Positions 46,625 to 59,025 of a stretch of DNA of 64,000 bases are shown here, one piece after another. This stretch comes from the human T2T-CHM13v2.0 reference genome, Homo sapiens. Where the stretch lies: NCBI RefSeq assembly GCF_009914755.1, contig NC_060932.1; one strand, 5' to 3'. Numbering within the stretch: the first letter of the stretch is position 1; each line of letters begins with the position of its first letter. The notes beneath the pieces are model-generated. The model had not been told where the DNA came from and did not search any database. It saw nothing but the letters and a program-made list of their open reading frames with translations. A program made the translations under genes and the position numbers.

Positions 46625-48093
46625 TTTTTAAATTATTATTTTAATTTCAGCTTTTAGATACAAGGGTACATGTATCTAAAATACATGTATTTTACACAGG
46701 TATTGTGAATTGTGGATTTTAAAACTACCTATTGGCTACTATGCAAACTACCTGGTGGCTACTATACCATCCAGTCCACCACTGATGAGCACCTAAGCTG
46801 ATTCCATGTCTTTGCTATTGTAAGCAGTATGGTGATGAACATTCCTTAGGCTATATAACTACCCAGTAGATAGCATAGTAGCCAATAGTTTTTTAGCCCA
46901 CAACCCCCCATCCTTCTCTAGTAATCCACAGTGTCTATTATTCCCATGTTTACATCCATCTGTGCTCAATGTTTAGCTTCCACTTATAAGTGAGAATATG
47001 TGGTATTGGTTTTCTGTTCCTGATTAATTCGCTTAAGATTATGGCCTCCAGCTCCAACCATGTTGCTGCAAAGGCATGATTTCATTTTTTTATTGCTGTG
47101 TAGTATTCCATGAGATATATATATCATATATATATGTGATATATATATATATCAAATGTGATATATATGTGATATATATATATATCACATGTGATATACA
47201 TATATTTTCTTTATCCAGCCCACCACTCATGGGCACCTAGGTTGATTCCATGTCTTTGCTATTGTGAATAGTATGGTGAACACATGAGTGCATGTCTCTT
47301 TTTGGTAGAATGACCTGTATTCCTTAAGAGTATATACCCAGTAATAGGATTACTGGGTCAAATAGTAGTTCTAAGTTCTTCGAGAAATCACCAAACTGCT
47401 TTCCACAGTGGCTAAACTAACTTACATTCCCACTAACTGTGTCTAAGTGTAACCTTTTCTCCACAGCCTCATCAGCACATGCTGTTTTTTGACTTTTTAA
47501 TGATAGCTGTTCTGACTGGTGTGAGATGGTATCTCATGGTTTTGCTTTGTATTTCTCTTATGATTAGTGATGGTGAGCATTTTTTCATGTTTGTTGGCCA
47601 CTTGTCTTCTATTGAGAAGTGTCTGTTCACGTTCTTTGTCTATTTTTAAATAGGGTTATTTGGTTTTTGCTTGTTGATTTGTTTAAATTCCTTATAGACT
47701 GGATATTAGACCTTTGTCAGATGCATGGCTTGGGAATATTATCTCCCATTCTATATGTTGTCTGTTTACTCAGTTGATGGTTTCTTTTTCTGTGGAGAGC
47801 TCTTCAGTTTAATTAGGTCCCACTTAACAATTTTTGTTTTTGCTGCAATTGCTTTTGGGGACTTGGCCATAAATTCTTTGCCAAGGCTGATGTCAAGAGG
47901 GTATTCCCTAGGTTTTCTTCTGGGATTTTTATAGTTTGAGGTCTTACATTAAAATCTTTAACCCATTTGTAGCTGATTTGTGTATATGATGAAAGGGTCC
48001 AGTTTCATTCTTCTGCATATGATTAGACAGTTATCCTAGCACCATTTATTGAATACGGAGTCCTTCCCCAATTTATTGTTTTTGTCAGCCTTA
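46625..48093 (-). mobile_element. 5'-truncated L1 (L1PA15/16-like) with rearranged 3'UTR
   Basis: Antisense L1 3'UTR/ORF2 end; 19-bp TSD gaaga(t/c)tgcctatatttct (46606-46624 / 48094-48112). Confidence 0.9.
47113..47205. repeat. Self-complementary (TA)n/'gtgatatatatatatcac' low-complexity repeat
   Basis: Direct reading of the sequence. Confidence 0.9.
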
Positions 48094-49631
48094 GAAGACT
48101 GCCTATATTTCTAATTGATTACTCCTAATGGGTTTCAACTTAGCCAGAAGGATATTTCCAAAAATCAGATCAATCTTATTATAACTCTAAACCTGGCATC
48201 TGACTTCTCTCAGTGTAGACCAAGTAACAACACCAGACATAAGGAAACAGTGTGTATTAGGTGATTCAACCATAACACCTCACTATCACTAATACAGCAT
48301 AAGCAAAGACATCCCACTCCTCTACCATCTCCCCCTTCATACTACATAGACATCCACACATGCACACACGTACACACATTCACACCCCCCCACCCACAAC
48401 ATGCACACACCCCTTTACATCATCATCAATACAACAGGCACTGGGAAAAAGATAAAGAGAGGGAGAAAGCCAACAACACATCCAACCCTATCCATATCGA
48501 CACATAAACCCTGTTCAATACGTATACTATACAGAAGCCCTGCACAAGCTTTTAAAAAAGGAAAGTTTTACTACCCCAAATTAAGACTATTTTTAATCAG
48601 AAGTAAATAAAAAGTTATTTGTCAAACTGAGATATCACTGTTTCTTGTTGCCCAGCAGGGAAGGAATTCAACAAAGCAAACCTGGCAACAGTTATTGAAA
48701 AAAAAAATAGAATTGTCTTACATTCACAAACCATTAACTTGAAACTTCTTCATCAAAACTTTTATTTGTGCAAAGGCCTAGAGGTAAGAATAATCATGAT
48801 TTATTCAGAGAAAGAAAGAAAATTTCAGAATGTTTGGAGCAGAGAAAACAAGAGAGAAGGAAAAAAGATGGGATTGAGTGGCTAAATGAAGGCAGTTTAT
48901 AAATAACCCCCAAAGTATTATTCTAAATGTAATGGGGGATGATATTTAATCAGGATAATGCTATGATCTGACTGGATTTTTGGAACCATCCCTCTGGCTC
49001 CAATAGAAACATTTTTGGAAGTAATGAATTCAAAATACGGAAGACCAGAAAGGAAGGTGTTTTGAGACTAAAGACAAAAGATGATTGCCTGAACTATGAT
49101 AATAACAAAAGATGAAGGTAAGCAAAAAATAAAAGGAGAGCCATTTTATCAAATAGAAACACAAGGCTTGATAACTGATTACATATAAAAAGTAAATGAG
49201 AAAAGGGCAAGTCATGGAAAATTATTGGGTATTTGGCTTTTATAATTAGGTAGATGGTGGTAATTTCACTGATAAAAAGGACACTAAAGGGGGATATTTA
49301 TAGGATTTTATGTGGTGATATCTACTAGGTGACTAACAAATTAGATCTGAAGCTCTGGAGAAATATCTTGGCTGAAGATATAGATTTGAGAATCATGATT
49401 GAAATTATATAATTGAATTTGTGAGTATGAAAAATATAATCCTCAAAGAGAGGCTACGTGAAGCAAAAAAATAAAAATTCTATCTAGGCTAGAATCTGGA
49501 AGAAAATTCATATACAAGAGATTAGCAGAAAGCAGGGAAATTCAAAACAAACTGGGAAAAAGCAGAGTAATTAGAGAAAGTTTAAAAAATGTAATAATAA
49601 TAGGGAAAAATATTTCACAAAGTAGGGAATA

Positions 49632-49730
49632 TTCAAGATTGTATTAGGTTGGTGCAAAAGTGATTGTGGTTTTTGCTTTACTTTTAATGGCAAAAACTGC
49701 AATCACTTTTGCACCAACCTAATAAATTTG
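49632..49730 (+). ncRNA. MIR548AZ: miR-548 family pre-miRNA hairpin, probably mir-548az
   Basis: MADE1 hairpin; arms caaaagtgattgtggtttttgc and aaaaactgcaatcacttttgc match my recollection of miR-548az-5p and -3p (not checked against miRBase). Confidence 0.7.
49644..49722. mobile_element. MADE1 (Hsmar1-derived MITE)
   Basis: ttaggttggtgcaaaag...cttttgcaccaacctaa palindrome flanked by TA TSDs (49642-43, 49723-24). Confidence 0.97.
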
Positions 49731-52228
49731 CTGCACAGAGATCAAGTCAGTTGAGGATCAGTTAAAGAAATTATTGGTGACTCTGGCAAGAGCACTTTCA
49801 GTGGTGTAGCATGGGACTGGTCTATCAAAACTGCCATCTTATAATCATTCATATAAAACAACTAACCAATAATAAGAATATGGAAGACAGACTCGGCCTG
49901 TGTGCTTTGGCAACTTTAAGTTCCTTTGGTACTGCATATGCTGATCAACAAAGTAAATGATATTGAAGGTGTTGAGAGTATGGATACTATGCAATAAGAA
50001 ATTACCCACAACACAAATGTACCAGAATTTGATTTGACGTGGAAATTTTACAAAATTTGTTTTGGGATTCAAGCTTGCTCTTTGGAAGAATAGTGAAAGA
50101 CTTACTTATCATCTCCGGAACTCTAAACTTGCTGATGATCAAGGATGAGACAACCAAAATTATTATCACCATAAAAATATTAGTTAGAAGGATTGCATAT
50201 CATTCAAAGTGTAGTATTACTACCTAAACATTCACTTTCAAATATATTCAAAATTGACTTGGAGTAAAAATTAATATCCATATATGCTTTATATGTTGCA
50301 ATTCTGCCCAGAAAATCTTATCTTAGGGTCCATTTCACCATCAATATTTACAATGGCAGAGCTCAAAACAGAATAGCTTGCTCCTCCTTTGATCTAAATT
50401 GAAAGTGAGAGTCTACTGTATTGGGATTACAAAGGTTTAGTGTATTGACCTCCACTGAGAAGGCTGGGAAATCATTGTGTTGTACAGTAATGTCAAATTA
50501 TACACTTTGACTTTGAGCATTTTTAATGACAAAATTAAAATAAAATGTGGAAATTTTAATATTTATTCTTTTTTCCCAGAAGTTCATGCCATGAAGTGAT
50601 ATTCATCTTCAACTTCAACTTAGGCTGAATATTGACTTTAACCCTTGGCTAGACATTCAGCTAAAATGTGTAATTTCGTGGACCCTACCCAACAGTGTTT
50701 CATGGGCTTTTTTAGAAGGGTCTGCAATGTAGCATGCTTGCACAACAGTAAGTAATCAAAAAGCAAGATTCTTGACAAGAAAGTTAATGTGTTTAATTAA
50801 CATATTAAGCAATCTACAGTAGCCTGAAATGTGTTAATGAAAATCATCTGGGGGAAAAATAAAAGGAAGCCCAGAAAAAGTCCATATGCCTAGCTGATGT
50901 GCTAGTTAATTCTACTCAAGGAAGGTTTTCTGTGAAGATTAGTGTAGCAAGAAACAAATCCCTCTGAATTCATGACACGATGCATGCCAAAAGAATAAGG
51001 AATTTGGGATTATAAAAATGCCTTATGGTGTGGTTATAGGTACAGGAGAGAGAGCAAAGATAACTAACAACACAAGATTGAGAGAGGATAAATAAGGCAG
51101 AGCCCTAGGAGGGATTGGCCTTGGGTAAGAGAGGTCACTTCCTTTCTGGTAACTGATATGAAAGAGATAGGATATCCTTGGCTTTGATCTTTGTTCTGTT
51201 TTGCTTCCCTTTGAGGATTGAATTAATTTGAAGCTGAGCTTCCGTCTTTTTTGAGTTTGTCTGTTTCCAGTTTACCCACACAACTCTGGTGTAGCTTTGA
51301 AAGATTCAAATTCTAATTCCTATTCTTCTAGTCCCATGATTAAGCCAAAATCTCTGTTCAGCTCTTCAGCCTCTCTGCTGCTTTCAAATTTACAAATGCC
51401 CTGAAAGAAAAGCGATGCCTAATGTCATGCTCTCTGCCCTTCCTTTCTCCCTGGAATCTTGAATTCACAAATCTTGGCAGCCTCAGTAAGATCTCAGATA
51501 TCTTCAAACGATTTGTTGTTTTCTTTTCTTTCCCCTTTATTCAGCTATTTTGGTTGTTCTCAGAGAGAGGTTTGATCCAATACAGCTAGTTGGTTATCTG
51601 TCTAACTGTATTTTTTTCTACATTACATATTATCTCCATACACCTCCTTATCTTTCATATCAAAAGATTTTAATCTGTGATCATGTACACTTTAAAAAAT
51701 AACCCACAAAACTCGTATGAGAGATTCTAAATATAGTGAGATTCTCTCCCTACATTTTTTTCCCTTTGTCCTCATGCATTGATAGTCACTGGTTCAGACA
51801 CTCTTTTCAGGAAGCAAACTGGGACCGGAACTTTGGCAAGGGCTGAGTAAATAACCTCCCCAATCACTATAGCCTTCTCTTTAGACTCTACAGGTTCATC
51901 TGTGAATCACAGATGCCATCTGAGAGTCATTATTAAAGTCAGGATTTAAAAGAGTCTGTAAAATGTAGAATTATTTCACTACATAATTTATTTGTTCTGT
52001 TTCCCAAAAATTTCAAAGAGAAGTTTATCATTTCCCTGTATAACTTATACATTGACTTATTAAACTCAGTTTTTTTCTAGGAAGTAAAATAGAAATTCTT
52101 TTATTTGTATAAAACACATGCCTGGTATTACCAAGTCTGAAAGCACCTGGCATCTTACTGGTGGTGACTTCCAATGCAATCCGTCTATTGTTCTGAAAGG
52201 AAGAACAGTTTCAGGTTATCCTACAGGA

Positions 52229-52529
<301 letters not shown>

Positions 52530-53253
52530 GTTTACTGTATAGGAAAACAATGTTTTCCACTAAAAGATAATTGTAATTTCTAGCTTTCCAAATTTTTCTC
52601 TGAACAAACATTTTTTAAAAAGAATTATTGGAGAATTATATGAGAAATCAAATACTCCTACTTTTGAGAAAATCACATACTTTGAGAAAATCCCTTTAAA
52701 CTTTATCAAAAATACTTTTACTCTCCTGAATTCTATACCTGGAAATGTCCTGTCTTAAAAGAAGCAGCTAAGGACAAAGTAAAGTGAAGTAATCATTCCT
52801 TTAAAGAACTGTGCTTTTCAGGGCAGGGTGGGGGTGGGGTCAGTTCAGCACATATATTATGATTAGTGTGTAAAATACCACCTGCTAAAATGAATCCTCA
52901 GAAAAGGCAGTCTGCATAAACACTTTTGTGGAGGTTTAAATTAGCCCTTTACAGCATTCAGGGAAGTGAGCCTACTTTTTTAAGAAAAAATAAATAAATA
53001 AATTTTATATATATACACACACACGTTACATTGACTTGAATTTTACAGTATGATATAGAGAAGACGTTTTTCAAGACACAGCCTGAAATACACTGCATCC
53101 ATGAAAAATATCTGTGAAACTCACTTTCAAAATAATTCTCCTTTATTCATGAAACTGTATATTTCAAAGAAAATCTAGAAAAGGGTATGACTATAACTAG
53201 GACCATCTATCACTGGAAAATGTTTTTACTTTTAATATATGTAGAAAATCTCT

Positions 53254-54151
53254 ATTTCCAAAATGCAAATAAAAACTACAATGAGATATCATCTCACCCT
53301 AGTTAAATGGCTTTAATCCAAAAGACAGGCAATAACAAATGTCAAGGACGTGGAGAAAAGGAAACCCTTGAACACTTTGGATGGGGTTGTAAATGAGTAC
53401 AACCACTATGGAGAACAGTTTGGCGTTTCCTCAAAAAACTAAAAATAGAGTTACCATATGATCCAGCAATCCCACTCCTAGTTATATATCCAAAAGAAAG
53501 AAAATCAGTATATCTAAGAGATATCTGCACTTCCCTGTTTATTACCGTGCTATTCAAAATAGTCAAGAATTGGGAGCAACCTAAGTGTCTATCAACAGAT
53601 AAATGGATAAAGAAATGTGGTACATATACACAAGGGAGTACTATTCAGCCATAAAAAAGAATGAGATCTTGTCACCTGCAACAACACAGATGGAACTGAG
53701 GTCATTATGTTAAGTAAAATAAACCAGACACAGAAAGACAAACTTCACATGTCCTCACTTATTTGTGGGAGTTAAAAATTAAAACAATTGAACTCATGTA
53801 CATAGACAGTAGAAGGATGGTTACCAGAGGCTGGGAAGGGTGGGGCAGGGTGTGTGGAAAATGGGATTGGTTAATGGATACAAGAAAATAGAATAAGACT
53901 TAGTATTTGCTGGCACACCAGTCAGACCATAGTCAGAAGTAATTTAATTATACATTTTTAAATAACTAAAAGAGTATAATTAGATTGTCTGTAACACAAA
54001 GGATAAATGCTTGAGTGATGGATACATTTACCCTGATGTGATTATCACATATTGAATGTCTGTATCAAAACATCTCACATAACCCACAAATATATATACC
54101 TACTACATACCCACAAAAATTAAAAGTTAAAAATTTTAAAAAGAACCGAAA
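53254..54151 (+). mobile_element. 5'-truncated L1MA2/3
   Basis: ORF2 end and L1MA-type 3'UTR ('aaataactaaaagagtataatt...acccacaaaaattaaaa'); TSD agaaaatctct (53243-53253 / 54152-54162). Confidence 0.9.
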
Positions 54152-54739
54152 AGAAAATCTCTGACTAAATTTTATATAATAAATATTATTTTATAGTTAT
54201 AATGAGAAAAGCTACATAAAAGCCTTTAAATGCTTTACTCTCTTCCCCTTGGCTACTTGAGAACAATTCCTTTTAGGTCTGAGTGAGCTTGGCAAGCGTG
54301 GCGGAGAGACGCATTTATCACTGAGTTATCATTTGAAGCTTCTTCCACCATGTCCTGCTTAGCAGTGACAGGACATCCACTGTGAGTTAATTGCTTGTCA
54401 AAAACTTAAACATATGTGATAACCTCACACATCACCAGGGTTACTCTTTCCCATCTTCCAAAGTCTAAATGGACTTGGACTATAGCCTAGTGGACTCTAC
54501 GAATAAGAGAAAGTAGTCCAAGAAGTTAGTTCTGTGCTTTGTCACCATTGTAGACTTTTGATTCTAAAATGGTCCACATGCATATTATCCATAGTGTGAT
54601 TAACATGGAGCCACTCTGTACATAAGAGCCAACAGGATGGTTCAACATCAAGGGTGTCTGGCAAAACATGTCTTCTCAATAGCTTGTCATTCATATTAAG
54701 TCATCCTTGTGTAGTATACCAAAGTCTCTCCTGGAAGAC

Positions 54740-54887
54740 ATTTAATGACACAGGGTTCTGTATTAAGTGCTATATATTACCTCATTTCTCTTCACAAAGC
54801 CCAGTGAAATCAGAATTCAATGACACGGGGTTCTGTATTAAGTGCTATCTTATCTCATTTCTCTTCACAAAACCCAGGGAAATCAGG
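54740..54887 (+). repeat. Tandem duplication of a ~75-bp MIR-derived unit
   Basis: 'aatgacac.gggttctgtattaagtgctat...ctcatttctcttcacaaa.cccag.gaaatcag' present twice. Confidence 0.9.
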
Positions 54888-54890
54888 TGC

Positions 54891-55252
54891 TGTATTGGTC
54901 CGTTCTCACACTGCTGCAAGTAAACTACCTGAGACTGGGTAATTTATAAACAAAAAGGCTTAATTGACTCACAGTTCTGCATGGCTGGGGAGGCCTCAGG
55001 AAACTTACAATCATGGCAGAAGGTGAAGGGAAAGCAGGCACCTTCTTCACAAGGCAACAGGAGAAAGAGAGACAGTTCAGGAGAAATGGCCACTTTTAAA
55101 ACCATCAGATCTTGTGAGAATTCCGTCACTATCACGAGAACAGCATGGGGGGAAACCACCCCCATGATCCAATCACCTCCCACCAGGTCCCTCAACACAT
55201 GGGAATTCCAATTCAAGATGAGATTTGAGTGGGAACACAGACAACTATATCA
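54891..55252 (-). mobile_element. MSTA/THE1-type solo LTR inserted in a MIR
   Basis: 'tgtattggtccgttctcacactgct...ctatatca'; TSD ggtgc/ggtgt. Confidence 0.9.
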
Positions 55253-55368
55253 GGTGTTTACTGTTATTGCCGTTTGTAGTGAGGAAATTATCAGGTGTTT
55301 ACTGTAGTGAGGAAATTAGCAGGTGTAGTGAGGAAAATATCAGGTGTTTACTGTTATTGCAATTTGTA
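55248..55368 (+). repeat. Short tandem array of a ~41-bp unit with internally deleted copies
   Basis: 'tatcaggtgtttactgttattgc..ttgtagtgaggaaa' units, four copies of varying length. Confidence 0.85.
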
Positions 55369-55572
55369 CTCAGAATTAGAGAGGTTAAGTAACTTTACCA
55401 AGAACACAGGGTTAGCGAATGGCAAGCTATAATTCCAGCCACGTTGCTGTACTGCCTCCTCCTGTGGCCCCTAGGAAATTTCAGGACAAGTACTAAGTGT
55501 GTGAGCTACTGAGTAACTTTGGCAAGTCACTTAACCTCTCTGAGTTTCCTTAGTTGTTTTGAAAAAGAAAGG

Positions 55573-56798
55573 TGGGAAAAAACCCTTTACTTTCTACTTT
55601 CACATGCACAACTCACCACTCAACACAGAATACTTCATCTTTGGTCACCAAGATGTATGGGCCTTCTCTCATACCAGTTGGTTCTCTAAAGGACACCAGC
55701 TGGGTATCCTGTAATTCAATTCAATTCTGACCCTATCTACTTGTAGATACTGTCAGATCTCAAAGGTTAAGGGCTCGAGTCCCATAAGCCTGGTCCCTAT
55801 ATCACATGCCAATAACAAGCCTCAGATAGTGACCTGTGCTTCTGATCCACCACTCCACCTAGGGTTTGATTAATTTGCTACAGTGGCCCACAGAACTCAG
55901 AAAAACACTTACTTTTGTTTACCCACTTATTATAAAAGATATTATGAAGTGTATTAGTCCATTTTTATACTGCTATAAAGAACTGCCTGAGACTGGGTAA
56001 TTTATAAAGGAAAGTAATTTAATTGACTTACAGTTCAGCAAGGCTTGGGAGGCCTCAGGAAACTTACAATCATGGCAGACGGTGAATGGGAAGTAAGTCA
56101 CCGCCTTCAGAAGGCAGCAGGAAGGAGAAGTGCCAAGCAAAGAGGGGAAGAGCCCCTTATAAAACCATTAGATCTCGTGAGAACTCACTCACTATCACGA
56201 GAACAGCATGGGGGAAACCACTCCCATGATTCAATTACCTCCACCTGATCTCTCCCTAGACACAAGGGGGTCATGGGGATTACAATTCAAGATGAGATTT
56301 GGGTGGAGACACAAAGACTAAGCATATCACAACAATTAACAGATGCACAGCCAGATGGAAGAGATGCATAGGGCAATGTATGTAGGAAGGGTTGCGGAGC
56401 TTCCATGCCCTCTCTAAGGTGCACCACCCTCCAGGTGCCTCCAAGTGTTCATCAGTCCAGAGACTCTATCCTTTTGCAGTTTTACAGAGGCTTCACTAAG
56501 TAGGCATGACGGATAACATCACTGGCCAGTGGTGATCAGCTCAACCTCAGTCTCTCTCCTCTGGAGGTTGTGTGTTGGGGGCTGAAAGTCCCAAAACTAT
56601 AATCATGCCTTTGTCTTTCTGGTGACGAGCCCCCCATCCTGAAGCTATCTAGGGGTCCCAGCCACTAGTCAGCTTAATAGCATATAAAAGATACCCTTAA
56701 CACTCCAGAGATCCCAAGAGTTTTACGAGCTGTGTGCCAGGAACCAGGGACAGAGACTAAATATGTATTTCTTATAATACAAGTATCACAATATCACA
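55573..56798. mobile_element. MER21-like LTR, interrupted by a THE1 LTR; sits in a MIR (55510-55560, ~56800-56920)
   Basis: 'gacaccagctgggtatcct..aattcaattcaattctgac', 'cagccagatggaagagatgcatagggc', end 'aatatcaca'. Confidence 0.8.
55950..56329 (-). mobile_element. THE1C/D solo LTR
   Basis: 'tgtattagtccattttt..actgctataaagaactgcctgagactggg...catatca'. Confidence 0.9.
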
Positions 56799-57026
56799 GT
56801 TGTGAAACTGGCATCGTAACAATACTTATTTCAAAGAGTCATTGTGTTTATTAAAATAAGATAGTGCAATAGAATTTATAACATAGTCTAGCACCGAGAG
56901 AACTAAATGTTAGCTATTATTATCTGCTGTGAACACTAATACACAAACTCTTTCTTACCACCTACTATATAAAAACTCTAACAAAATTCATTTTAAATAT
57001 TACAGACATCTTTGCTGTTTGGTAGT

Positions 57027-57362
57027 GTTAAATTTGGCATAAGGATGTCTCTGTACTTTGAGTCCTCATGTAATGAACTGCAACCTAACTTAGTGCATAA
57101 ATTAACCAAAAGCCTAATTTAGGAGTATACTTTTTAAACAAATAGCTGAGTCTCAGCCTATCACAGCAGCCAAGCTTCAGTCAGTTACAGGCAGCCAATT
57201 AATTAGGCCATATTCAAATGAGGCAAACACCAAGATGTCACCAATCAAACTGTCTCTGTATCTCATTGGTAATTTCTGGTTCTGAAGGTTGCTTGGCTCA
57301 CAAATAGTTATTTGCTTAATTAAACCGTTAAACTTAATTTTGCTAAAGTTTTAATTTTAACA
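57027..57362 (+). mobile_element. ERV1 solo LTR (MER57-like)
   Basis: tgttaa...ttaaca termini; 'gaactgcaacctaact', 'gctgagtctcagcc.atcacagcagc'. Confidence 0.65.
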
Positions 57363-57693
57363 ATAATAATACACAGGGCCAAACTATCACAAATCCTATG
57401 CAAAACCTTGAGCACAGCTAACTGGCCTTCTGTTTAGTCTACATTTCTCTATCCAGTCATCTGAGAACATGTAAATCTTCATTACATTCTTCATCAAAAG
57501 TTAGACATACTCTGTCAAAGTCATTCATTTTCATGATATGCCTATCAGTCTAGAAAACTCATTTTTAAAAAAGGGGGAAAGAAAAAGACACAATAGGTTG
57601 TTGCACCTGATAATAGGTGGGACACACAATGGGCTTCTCTAACCCATTAAGTTTGAAAGTTAATTCCTATCTTTGCTTAGAAATCTGTTCCCC

Positions 57694-58102
<409 letters not shown>

Positions 58103-59025
58103 CTACAAACAGGGAAGTAATAAAATTTGCTTTTAGTTGTTTTAAATACATATATAATGAAAAATTTCAAGCATATTTTGAGAGATAATAAAAACAGTGT
58201 ATCACCTTCCAAATTTGTCAAATATAAATATTTTGCTATATTTGTTTCAGATATTTTTGGTAATGTTTTTCAAAGAAATGCGACACTATAGATAAGGTTC
58301 TATGTATATAACTCCCTGATCTCATTTTCTTCTCTTCCTTCCTAGAGATAATTACCATTCTGAAATGTTATTTTTCTGTATACTTTGTGAAGTTTGCTCC
58401 ATATGTCTTTAACTATATATAATATACATTATCCCTCTGCATGTTTATAACAGTTATATGAAATAAATTATATCATACCTATCATTTAATAACCACTTTT
58501 ATATTTTATATTTCCCAAATTTTTAAAGATAGCTTTACCTAAGTAAAGTAAAATTGAAATGCTGGAATGTTCTGGTATACTGCAGTATAAGATATCCAAA
58601 TATTTAGAATGCTTTTGGGATGTTGGAGTAGATTTATCAAGTTAAATCTGCTCACTCCACTTCTCATTACATCCCCTGGTGGGTTCAGAGTACTCTCCTT
58701 TCACCAAGACTGTGAGAAATACACTCATGAGGGATGTCTGGCATTCTTGAAGAGCTCCATTGTTTGTAGCATAGGAATGACAATGGGAAATGCTACCATC
58801 AAACTCTGTTCCCTGAAGTCTATCAATTTAACCCTGATGCCCTAGTAATTTATTTTTGCTGTATTTTCTGCAATATTGGTCTGTATGGGACTGGCCTTTT
58901 TTAAAAAAATAAGCTTTTCTCTCCAGCTAGACTTAGAAGCACTGTTGTAACTACCTATAAAGTAATCCTCAAGGATTCCTACATGATACAAAGCATACAA
59001 AGCACCGATTATCTAATTATCTAAA

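Larger units (their letters stand above)
48765..49810 (-). mobile_element. L2 fragment, interrupted by MADE1
   Basis: 'gtgcaaaggcctagagg', 'ggctgaagatatagatttgagaatcat', 'ggtgactctggcaagagcactttcagtgg' antisense L2 motifs. Confidence 0.7.

Noticed and set aside
55248-55368. Repeat-spacer-like array resembling CRISPR
   Set aside because: Eukaryotic context, no unique spacers and no cas genes; it is a tandem duplication with deletions.
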